From the IMG/VR virus record IMGVR_UViG_3300030019_000001: a stretch of DNA of 64,000 nt. One strand, 5' to 3'. Source of the DNA: a virus (lineage: Duplodnaviria; Heunggongvirae; Uroviricota; Caudoviricetes). The notes under the pieces were generated by a model that had not been told where the DNA came from, searched no databases, and saw only the letters and a program-made list of their open reading frames with translations. The translations under genes were made by a program, and so were the position numbers. Shown one piece after another: positions 55,412 to 63,654 of the stretch. Numbering within the stretch: the first letter of the stretch is position 1; every line of letters starts with the position of its first letter.

Positions 55412-56266
55412 GTTTTTTATTGATTTAATCCAATCATCTAATTTGTGTTCTGGTACCCAATTTAATTCTCTTTCTGTATCAGTTTCAAATTCTTCTGAAT
55501 TATATCTTTCTCCTCTTCTTTTAGACACAAATTCAAATTCTCCAAACATTTTAGCAACATCTATAATGCTAGTATTTATTCCAGAACGTAAATACCATTC
55601 ATGATTCATATTTGTAAAAGATGATAATACTACACCTCTAACAATGTCCTCAATGTGGGTAAAGTCTCTGCTCTGAGTACCTGGCTCAACAACTGTACAT
55701 TTGTTACCTTCTGAGTATTGATGCTCAAATATGCCTATTACAGTAGCATAATCTCCTGTCATTATTTGACCTTCACCATACACGTTAAAAAAATAGCAAA
55801 TTTCATATTGTAAATTATACCATTTATTGTAATTTTTTATAAGTTCAACAATCTTTGCTTTCATCCATGAATAAGGAGCTAAATTTTCATTTTCACCATT
55901 ATTTCCAAATTTAGAAGATGAAGCAGAATATATTAATTTTGCATTCCATTCTCTACACAATTCCATTATTATTGGTGTGCCATATAAAATTGTTTTTTCG
56001 ACATATTTAATATCATCAAATGATTTTACAATTCTAGAGTATTCTCCAAAATGAAAAACTGTATCAAATTTCTTATTTTTTAATATTTCAGGAGCATCCC
56101 ATGTATTACCATTGTAATATGTAACATCATCTACATGATTTTCTTCTTTACCTGTGAAGTAATTGTCTAATGATGATATTTCAATACCTTTATAATTTTT
56201 ATTTAAATATTTAATAAGATTAGTTCCTACAAATCCAGAACCTCCTGTTACTAATACTCTTTGCAT
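55397..56266 (-). CDS. NAD-dependent nucleotide-sugar epimerase/dehydratase
   Basis: VLVTGGSGFVG, LDNYFTG, SASSS, YSWMK, FFNVYG, RDFTHI.D. Confidence 0.9.
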   Translation of the reverse strand: MQRVLVTGGSGFVGTNLIKYLNKNYKGIEISSLDNYFTGKEENHVDDVTYYNGNTWDAPEILKNKKFDTVFHFGEYSRIVKSFDDIKYVEKTILYGTPIIMELCREWNAKLIYSASSSKFGNNGENENLAPYSWMKAKIVELIKNYNKWYNLQYEICYFFNVYGEGQIMTGDYATVIGIFEHQYSEGNKCTVVEPGTQSRDFTHIEDIVRGVVLSSFTNMNHEWYLRSGINTSIIDVAKMFGEFEFVSKRRGERYNSEEFETDTERELNWVPEHKLDDWIKSIKNKKRD

Positions 56267-56310
56267 TTTTTATTTTTTATTTATATATTAATATAATGAG
56301 TTATAAAACA

Positions 56311-56340
56311 AAAAAGATAATACCTAAGTATTATCTTTTT
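56311..56340. terminator. intrinsic terminator
   Basis: AAAAAGATAATAC-CTAA-GTATTATCTTTTT. Confidence 0.7.
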
Positions 56341-56423
56341 CTGAATATGACTGATTTTACAGTATCTCTTGAGTATAATTGTTTTCCTTTTTTGGGTATC
56401 AAGTGTGTTAATTACACTACATA

Positions 56424-57176
56424 TTATTTTCTAAATGTATTAATATATTTAATAGCATCTTCTTCAGTCCATTCACCTGATTTTATTTTTTCATCAGTTA
56501 CTTTCTTTATGTCTCCAACCATTCTACCAGTAGTAATTTCTAACATTTTCATTATTATAATACCTGTGATTGGAGAACGCCATTTAGATTCTTTGTCTTT
56601 CTCACGAACCTCTAATATTCTATTCTTTATTTCATCTAATCCTGAAACAATACGTTGACGCTTATCATCATATTTAGTTGTTATGTCACACTTACAGAAC
56701 TCTATTAACTCTAATACTATATCATGTCCAACTTCTACATCTAACCTTCTTATAGCTGATTCTGTTACATCCCTGTGCATCTTTACCCTACCATGATACT
56801 TTACCATTCTGTAAATATAATCAACAGTTTTCTTATTAGTTATATTGAATCTTTTTAAAATTTTATGTATCATTTTTGCACCTACATTTTCATGATCATG
56901 AAATGTCCAATTTCCTTCATTGTTTTTTGTTCTAACAGAAATCTTTCCAATGTCGTGTAATAAAGCGACAATCTTCATTTTTAAGTTATCATTATCATAT
57001 TCAATCACGTTGTTAAGTACTCCTAATGTATGATAAAAATTATTTTTATGACCATTAGTAGTAGTATGTAATTTACATAATTCAGGTAGAATTTTTTCTA
57101 ATTCACCATCTTTATATAAATTGCTTACAATATCACTCAATTTTCTTGTTTGTAATATGTTTAACTTATTTTTCAT
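56424..57176 (-). CDS. HD-domain protein resembling the C-terminal half of CCA/poly(A) nucleotidyltransferases
   Basis: ILPEL..HKNNFYHTL.V..ALLHDIGK..WTFHDHE.VGA..SAIRRL..CDITTK..PITG..IM. Confidence 0.75.
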   Translation of the reverse strand: MKNKLNILQTRKLSDIVSNLYKDGELEKILPELCKLHTTTNGHKNNFYHTLGVLNNVIEYDNDNLKMKIVALLHDIGKISVRTKNNEGNWTFHDHENVGAKMIHKILKRFNITNKKTVDYIYRMVKYHGRVKMHRDVTESAIRRLDVEVGHDIVLELIEFCKCDITTKYDDKRQRIVSGLDEIKNRILEVREKDKESKWRSPITGIIIMKMLEITTGRMVGDIKKVTDEKIKSGEWTEEDAIKYINTFRK

Positions 57177-57178
57177 TT

Positions 57179-57982
57179 TTAATATATTAAATTATAATCA
57201 CTAAAAACATTTTTGAAAATCTCATAATTATTACCAACTGAGTTTTTATCATTGATGATTGCAAATATTACTTTCTCAAAATATTTAGAATATCCTTCAT
57301 TTACTAATAATTTTTTAAACATTTTAGCCATTGTTTCAGGAACATTTTGGAAAACACCACAACCGAATGAACCTAATACAATAATATCAACATCATTTTT
57401 AATTGCAAGTGATAACATTAATCTTATTTTTTCCTTTGTTAATTCTTCATAATCATGCCTTGATATTTTTGCTCCATCAGAATTTATTGATGATATGTTA
57501 TCTTTCGATATTGTATCAAAATTACTATTAACCTCAATATTTTTAAGATTTAGTGCTGCAATTGTTATGACATCAGATTTAACCTCATCCATATAGTTAT
57601 AATATACATCCTTAAAAAATACTGCATCCTTTGTATATAAAGCTTTATCATCTCCTAATGGATAGTTATCAGTATTAATAAGATGAGTCAAATTTGAGCA
57701 CCTAAATAAGCATTCTTCTTGTGCTTTTGAGCCTTTTGCAACTCCACCACCTGGACGTTTAAATGATGCCATATTAAGAACACAAGTTTTCCCTAATTTG
57801 CTATATTCTGTAATAGCAGATACACTATCAGAATTAATAACCTGTATGTTTTGACTACAAGGAATACTAACATCTGACATTAATCTGTCATCAAATGAAT
57901 GATATGTTGTTTCAGATTTCAATATACCTTCACTGTGTAGTTTAGTATCTTCAAATACCTGTATTAATTCTTCTTTGATCAT
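57179..57982 (-). CDS. microbial PARG-like macrodomain protein (TIGR02452 type)
   Basis: LNMAS..PGGG..GS.AQEE.L.RCS, VLGSFGCGVF.N. Confidence 0.85.
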   Translation of the reverse strand: MIKEELIQVFEDTKLHSEGILKSETTYHSFDDRLMSDVSIPCSQNIQVINSDSVSAITEYSKLGKTCVLNMASFKRPGGGVAKGSKAQEECLFRCSNLTHLINTDNYPLGDDKALYTKDAVFFKDVYYNYMDEVKSDVITIAALNLKNIEVNSNFDTISKDNISSINSDGAKISRHDYEELTKEKIRLMLSLAIKNDVDIIVLGSFGCGVFQNVPETMAKMFKKLLVNEGYSKYFEKVIFAIINDKNSVGNNYEIFKNVFSDYNLIY

Positions 57983-57983
57983 A

Positions 57984-58745
57984 TTAAATATTTTTTATAG
58001 ATTTGATGCTTAAAACTCTTAGATATTTATTACCAAAAGTTTTATCTTCTTCAGTAATTACTTCCATTTCAAGAACTTTATTTTTAATTCTTTTAGATTT
58101 TCCATTCATTAAAGGCAAGCCATAATCATATCCAGCATAACACTGTTGAGAAAATTCATTAAATCTAAATTCAAAAGAATTATCTCTATAATTTCCTTCA
58201 CTACTTAATGAATTATAAAAATTATATGAAAAAATACCAGATATTTTATATTTTTCATATGTTTCTATAATCATCTTTGAAATCTCAGCTTGCTTTTTGA
58301 TATGATCAGTATACTGGTTAAGTAATTCAATAGATTGAAATAATATATCATTATAAAAATAACATCCTAATTCAATTAATCTGTTTGTTGTTATTGTACG
58401 ACGCTCATCATAAACACCATTTTCAAAGTACCAAATCAGATAAGATTTATCTGTACACTCACTTATGAAACTTCCTTCATATTTACCAAAATGAAAACAT
58501 TCAGCAGGATATTGAATTTTTGGTTCAGTTGACCAACTTGCACTTTTACCTTTCAAATCATCATCAATTTTCACATTAGGATAAAGTTCTTTTACTTTAT
58601 CTAAATCAAAAGAAATATTCTTAATATAAGAATATATCTGTTTGACTCCATATTTATATGGTTGATTATTAACTGTAGTATATAACTCTTCTTCTGAATA
58701 ACTCCACAGAGTATAAAATTTATTTGCAAATCCAATTAATTTCAT
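57984..58745 (-). CDS. hypothetical protein
   Basis: FHFGKYEG..YLIW motif; TACTTTTG box upstream on minus strand. Confidence 0.65.
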   Translation of the reverse strand: MKLIGFANKFYTLWSYSEEELYTTVNNQPYKYGVKQIYSYIKNISFDLDKVKELYPNVKIDDDLKGKSASWSTEPKIQYPAECFHFGKYEGSFISECTDKSYLIWYFENGVYDERRTITTNRLIELGCYFYNDILFQSIELLNQYTDHIKKQAEISKMIIETYEKYKISGIFSYNFYNSLSSEGNYRDNSFEFRFNEFSQQCYAGYDYGLPLMNGKSKRIKNKVLEMEVITEEDKTFGNKYLRVLSIKSIKNI

Positions 58746-58897
58746 GTTGTTTGTGTTTTAATTAATGATACACAAAAGTACAACAAAAATCTGATATACA
58801 AAAATATATGTCAATTAATATCATTATTTTGTGGTTAAATATTCTTAAATATAAAACATACCAAATTAATAATCATATAAATTAAAAATAAAAAATT

Positions 58898-59101
58898 ATG
58901 GGATTCAACAAAAGATTTATATCAAAAGATTCACTTAAAAATATATCAAATTCAGGTGATTATTTGAATTTTTTTAAATATTTTAAAAGTGATGTAGTAT
59001 TATTTGAAGATTCATTCTCTTTAAATATAATGAATGATTTAAAAAAATATACTATCAATGACAAAGATGAAATATTAACAATAATGAATAAGTGCAAATG
59101 A
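58898..59101 (+). CDS. hypothetical protein
   Basis: MGFNKRFI start. Confidence 0.6.
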   Translation: MGFNKRFISKDSLKNISNSGDYLNFFKYFKSDVVLFEDSFSLNIMNDLKKYTINDKDEILTIMNKCK

Positions 59102-59316
59102 AATATCTATGCAAAAAAACATATTCAAAAGATATTATTATTGGAAAATTTTATGATTGTGTTATTTTAACTAATTCTAAAATGATTCAAATAAATAGTT
59201 TACTTTTTTTAACAGATGATAATAATCTATATTGTTCTCCAAAAATAAATGATTATTTTTATAGTGAAAAAGAAATACGAAAAATAAAATTAGAAATATT
59301 GTGTAATATTAAATAA
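59098..59316 (+). CDS. MKYLCKK paralog 1, RKxKL tail
   Basis: DYFYSEKEIRKIKL. Confidence 0.7.
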   Translation: MKYLCKKTYSKDIIIGKFYDCVILTNSKMIQINSLLFLTDDNNLYCSPKINDYFYSEKEIRKIKLEILCNIK

Positions 59317-59351
59317 TTTATTGTATCTTTGTTTTTACTTAAAATTATTAT

Positions 59352-59576
59352 ATGAGATATTTATGTAAAAAAACATATAGAAACATTAATGTTGGAAATT
59401 ATTGCAGTTGTGATGATATTATTCATTCTGATTATTTATTATCAGGTTCTTTTTTTAAATATATTAATCTAAAAGGATATAAATTTGTAATTGATGGAAT
59501 TGCAGAACCAAAATTAAAAGATTATTTTTATACTGAAAAAGAAATACGAAAAATAAAATTGAAAAAATTACAGTAG
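59352..59576 (+). CDS. MKYLCKK paralog 2, RKxKL tail
   Basis: EPKLKDYFYTEKEIRKIKL. Confidence 0.7.
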   Translation: MRYLCKKTYRNINVGNYCSCDDIIHSDYLLSGSFFKYINLKGYKFVIDGIAEPKLKDYFYTEKEIRKIKLKKLQ

Positions 59577-59583
59577 ATTACAT

Positions 59584-59847
59584 ATGAGATTAAAATGTAT
59601 AAAAACTTATTCTAGTTATATTAAATCAGGAGAATATTATCATAGTGATAATATTATTCATCTTAATAAATATAATCTAAGCAATATTAGATTGAAAAAT
59701 AAATATTTAGCATATGAATATATTTTTGTTTGTAATACCAAATTTGTTGTGTCTGGAAATTTAGAACCAAAATTAAAAGATTATTTTATTAATATTGGAG
59801 AAAACAGAAAACTTAAATTGAAAAAATTAAATGAAATATTTATGTAA
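59584..59847 (+). CDS. MKYLCKK paralog 3, RKxKL tail
   Basis: EPKLKDYF..NRKLKL. Confidence 0.7.
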   Translation: MRLKCIKTYSSYIKSGEYYHSDNIIHLNKYNLSNIRLKNKYLAYEYIFVCNTKFVVSGNLEPKLKDYFINIGENRKLKLKKLNEIFM

Positions 59848-60046
59848 AAAAGCATACAATGATAATTTTATAGTAGGAAAAATGTATTATGGCAAAAATG
59901 AGAATAATAACGGATTTATATTTATTAATGAATATTATTTTTATGATTTTGAAGAAATATTCATATCAAATATAAATAATTATTTTTATACTGAAAAAGA
60001 AATAAGAAAAAAAAAGTTAAAACAGTTAAACGAAATAAGTGAATAA
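59831..60046 (+). CDS. MKYLCKK paralog 4, RKxKL tail
   Basis: NYFYTEKEIRKKKL. Confidence 0.7.
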   Translation: MKYLCKKAYNDNFIVGKMYYGKNENNNGFIFINEYYFYDFEEIFISNINNYFYTEKEIRKKKLKQLNEISE

Positions 60047-60049
60047 ATC

Positions 60050-60742
60050 ATGAAAGTACAAATATCAGGCAAAAAAGAAGGATATGATTCTAAGTATGAA
60101 TGGAATTGTTTTTGTCAAGGAGGAGAACATGGAGTTGTTTTACCATCAGGTAGTTTAGATAAAATCTTTTCTGGTAATACTTTAGATGCATTATCTGATG
60201 AACTTTCAAATAAAGAATGTTATGAAACAGCATTCTTTGAAGCATTTCCAAAACAACCAGATTGTTTTATCAGAGGAGAAGGAAATACAATTGAAGAAGC
60301 TGAAGAAAATGCTTGGCAAAAATTTCAAAAAATTTCAGTGTGTGAACATGAAATGGAACGTAGAGATAGAACAGATGGATATGCATATTGTAAAAAATGC
60401 TCATATTCAGCTACTGTATTTGAACCACTAACAACTTGCTGTAAATGTGGTAAACCAACATCATATAGCACTGATTATAAAGACAATTATTATTGTAAAA
60501 AACATTCATACACAAAACCAAAAAATCCAAATCCTTCTCGTTGGGAAATGGTTAGAAAGAGATTACCAAGAAAGCGTAAGAAAATATTTAAAATTTGCGG
60601 TAAGAAAATGTTTGAGTATAATGAACATTATGGTAAAGTTAAATTCAAATATTCTGTGGACAAAATTCTTACTTGTGATGGATATAGATTTGATCTTTTA
60701 TTTAGAAAAAATGAAAAAGAATTTATTAAAAAATGGAAATAA
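60050..60742 (+). CDS. hypothetical protein with Cys/His zinc-binding motifs
   Basis: FFEAFP..FIRGEG..CEHE..CKKC..CCKC..CKKH. Confidence 0.7.
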   Translation: MKVQISGKKEGYDSKYEWNCFCQGGEHGVVLPSGSLDKIFSGNTLDALSDELSNKECYETAFFEAFPKQPDCFIRGEGNTIEEAEENAWQKFQKISVCEHEMERRDRTDGYAYCKKCSYSATVFEPLTTCCKCGKPTSYSTDYKDNYYCKKHSYTKPKNPNPSRWEMVRKRLPRKRKKIFKICGKKMFEYNEHYGKVKFKYSVDKILTCDGYRFDLLFRKNEKEFIKKWK

Positions 60743-60744
60743 AT

Positions 60745-60776
60745 AAAAACTCATCAATTTAATTGATGAGTTTTTT
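60745..60776. terminator. bidirectional intrinsic terminator
   Basis: AAAAACTCATCAATT-T-AATTGATGAGTTTTT. Confidence 0.75.
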
Positions 60777-61290
60777 ATATGTTAAATTTTGATGTAGCCA
60801 AATAGGTAGGTAAATTCTCTGTTATTTCATCATATAAAACTTTAAAATAATCAATTAAATCACCAATTGTTTCAGATTTTTTTATAATATCTTCTATCAT
60901 AGGAAAATATCTTTCATTCAATGCTGTGTAAGCTTTATCTGAAATATCTGATAGTTCTATTTTATTTCCATTTCTTATCAAGAAGTTATTTATAATAGAG
61001 GAATGATATTTAACCCTATTACTTTCATATTTTGGATCTAATGATAATATAGCAAAGTATTTTTCTGATTCTGTTATTTTAATATCTCGTAATTCAGTAT
61101 CATTTAAATATTTAGATTTGTTTTTTATTTCAAACATTATACCATAAATTGGAGATTTTGACATATAATCATTAAAATAAGTCATATTACCTTTATCATT
61201 TACTGTAATTGTAAAATCCTCATTTTTATATAATATAATATCTTCTTTTTCCTTTTCTTTTTGTTTCTCAAAAGTTTTTAAGTATTTCAT
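60775..61290 (-). CDS. doubly tagged cassette protein (array 4)
   Basis: MKYLKTFE..SKFNI. Confidence 0.8.
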   Translation of the reverse strand: MKYLKTFEKQKEKEKEDIILYKNEDFTITVNDKGNMTYFNDYMSKSPIYGIMFEIKNKSKYLNDTELRDIKITESEKYFAILSLDPKYESNRVKYHSSIINNFLIRNGNKIELSDISDKAYTALNERYFPMIEDIIKKSETIGDLIDYFKVLYDEITENLPTYLATSKFNI

Positions 61291-61293
61291 GAA

Positions 61294-61506
61294 TTATATT
61301 AAATTTTTAGATTGATTCGCAGTTATAAATAATATATAATCTCCTGCAGTTGTTGATATATTAAAAACAATCATTCCGTCCTTCAAAGCAGATAAAATAT
61401 CAAGATATTCATCGATTTGATCTAAATCTAATGTGTTTGATTCAGAAAGTTTATCTAATGCTATTTCTTTCGTGATTTGATTTAAATCGTTTATTTTAAC
61501 TTTCAT
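61294..61506 (-). CDS. untagged small protein within array 4
   Basis: TAATATATA at 61579-87 upstream. Confidence 0.6.
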   Translation of the reverse strand: MKVKINDLNQITKEIALDKLSESNTLDLDQIDEYLDILSALKDGMIVFNISTTAGDYILFITANQSKNLI

Positions 61507-61604
61507 AATTATAACTCTATATTAATTTTATCTTCATTTTTAAATAAAAAAATGATAAAATATTGATATGGTTATAATTATATATTAATTTTTTATTTTG
61601 GTTT

Positions 61605-62003
61605 TTATATGTTAAATTTATGCATAGAATTATATAACTCTCCTAATTCAATCACCTTTTTTATTGGTATTTTTATTGACATGCTTAACATTCTTTTATT
61701 AATAAAATTATCTTTTATGTCATAATAACTCTCTTTTATATCATTATCTAAATTGTTTTCAGTTAAGAACTCTTCAAATTTTTCAAAATCTTCCTCATCT
61801 TCAAAATACATAGTATCAAAATAAAATGTAAATTCAACATCGTTATCAACATCATAATCAATCCAATCAGTGGCTGACCATACGCATTCTTAAAATCCTT
61901 CTATTTTTGGTATAACTTCTTCTAAATAATAAGCAGTATTATTTAGTAATGTTTCTTTTTCTTCTTGATTTAAAGAACTTTCAAAAGTTTTTATGTATCT
62001 CAT
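61605..62003 (-). pseudogene. doubly tagged cassette interrupted by in-frame TAA (61892-61890)
   Basis: MRYIKTFE..PKIEGF*ECVW..MYFEDEE..HKFNI in one frame. Confidence 0.7.
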
Positions 62004-62338
62004 AAGTTAAATTTATCTGCATCTATTTCAAATTCTCTAAGTTTAATTCTACCTCCAAATATATATTTATCTCTGTCATCTTTATCTAGCTGCAATCTCC
62101 ATTCAGTTATAATATCATAGTCATCAATCAAACTATCATAATTTTTAATTTCTTCTTTATATACGTATACAATATGATCTTCATTTAAGTACTGTTCATC
62201 CCATTCCGCAATTAAATCATTTGGAACTCCGATTTTTCTTAATGATAAAATAAAATATGGACGTAACAATGTCACTTCCCAATATCTATTTTCATTATCC
62301 CACTGTTTATATATTTCAAATTTTTTTATATGTTTCAT
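62000..62338 (-). CDS. doubly tagged cassette protein, paralog of 26529
   Basis: MKHIKKFE..FEIDADKFNL. Confidence 0.8.
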   Translation of the reverse strand: MKHIKKFEIYKQWDNENRYWEVTLLRPYFILSLRKIGVPNDLIAEWDEQYLNEDHIVYVYKEEIKNYDSLIDDYDIITEWRLQLDKDDRDKYIFGGRIKLREFEIDADKFNL

Positions 62339-62670
62339 AAGTTAAATTTTCTTGCGTTTATTTTATATTCTAAATCTGTTTTGTTATCAGAAAATTCAAT
62401 TATACTACTCATTAAAAAAACTTTTATTCCTGTATTTTCATGATTTTTATAATCATTATATCCAAATAAGCTTGCAATTTCCATAGGAATATTTTCATAT
62501 TCAACTTCTACTGATATGAAACCACGTTTATCATCAATTTTTACGATTTTACCAACTTCATTATCAATAAATTCATTTAGATTAGGATTCATCATTGTAG
62601 AATTCATTAATACATAATCTCCTTCCTTTGGTTCACTATTTTTTTCTTCAAACTTCCTTATATATTTCAT
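62335..62670 (-). CDS. doubly tagged cassette protein, GDYV type
   Basis: MKYIRKFE..EGDYVL..YENIP..RKFNL. Confidence 0.8.
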   Translation of the reverse strand: MKYIRKFEEKNSEPKEGDYVLMNSTMMNPNLNEFIDNEVGKIVKIDDKRGFISVEVEYENIPMEIASLFGYNDYKNHENTGIKVFLMSSIIEFSDNKTDLEYKINARKFNL

Positions 62671-62996
62671 ATGTTAAATTTATTTGCTTCAATTTTATAT
62701 TTTAATGTTTCTAAATCTTTATCATAATCAACTATGCTAACAATATTAAATCTCTTTCTATCATCTATAAAAAAATTCTTTATATTTTCAGGAATGTTTT
62801 CATATTTTACACGAACATAATTATTATGTACACCAAATTCTAAGTCATCTACTACTATTCCTATGGTATTATCTATGAATTTTTTTAACTGATTAATAGA
62901 AGTATTTCTATCATTTTTTATGTCATATACTGTCAATATATAATCACCAATCTCAGGTATATTTGTATTCAATTCAAATTTTTTAATATATTTCAT
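62667..62996 (-). CDS. doubly tagged cassette protein, GDYV type
   Basis: MKYIKKFE..IGDYIL..YENIP..NKFNI. Confidence 0.8.
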   Translation of the reverse strand: MKYIKKFELNTNIPEIGDYILTVYDIKNDRNTSINQLKKFIDNTIGIVVDDLEFGVHNNYVRVKYENIPENIKNFFIDDRKRFNIVSIVDYDKDLETLKYKIEANKFNI

Positions 62997-63304
62997 AAGT
63001 TAAACTTATTTGCTTTTAATTTCATTTCTAACTCTTCTATTGTTTTACCATAAGCAACTAATAACTCCATATCAAATGTTATTGTGTCATCATGAAAAAA
63101 CAAAGCTATGTTGCCTGGTATATTTTCATATCTAACTCTAATTTTTGGATCTTTAGTCAATTTATCAATATAAGCATTAAGATATACTCCATAATTATGA
63201 GTTACAAAATATTCAACTTCAGATATTCCATAACTATTCATTAATACATAATCACCTCTTTCTGGTAAATCTATATTCTGTTCGAATTTTTTTATATATT
63301 TCAT
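62993..63304 (-). CDS. doubly tagged cassette protein, GDYV type
   Basis: MKYIKKFE..RGDYVL..YENIP..NKFNL. Confidence 0.8.
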   Translation of the reverse strand: MKYIKKFEQNIDLPERGDYVLMNSYGISEVEYFVTHNYGVYLNAYIDKLTKDPKIRVRYENIPGNIALFFHDDTITFDMELLVAYGKTIEELEMKLKANKFNL

Positions 63305-63654
63305 AAGTTAAATTTATTTGCGTTTATTTCAATTTCTAATTCTTCTTTATTTTCTGAAAATTTATAAATCATATACGAAGGAAATTTTATTTTATATGAG
63401 TTATGCTTTTTTTCTTTTGTAAACAAATCAATTTCACTTTTTGGTACACCATAATATCTAATATCAATATCATCGTATACTTTATATTTATTTCCTTCAT
63501 TTTTAGAATATACAGGAGTAATTTTAATTACTTCACCGATTGAATTGTTAATATAACTGGTGAAAATCACATCATTAGCCTTTGATATAGCCAAAACATA
63601 ATCTCCTATTTTTAGAATATTTTCAAATTTTTCAAATTTTTTTATATATTTCAT
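63301..63654 (-). CDS. doubly tagged cassette protein, GDYV type
   Basis: MKYIKKFE..IGDYVL..NKFNL. Confidence 0.8.
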   Translation of the reverse strand: MKYIKKFEKFENILKIGDYVLAISKANDVIFTSYINNSIGEVIKITPVYSKNEGNKYKVYDDIDIRYYGVPKSEIDLFTKEKKHNSYKIKFPSYMIYKFSENKEELEIEINANKFNL

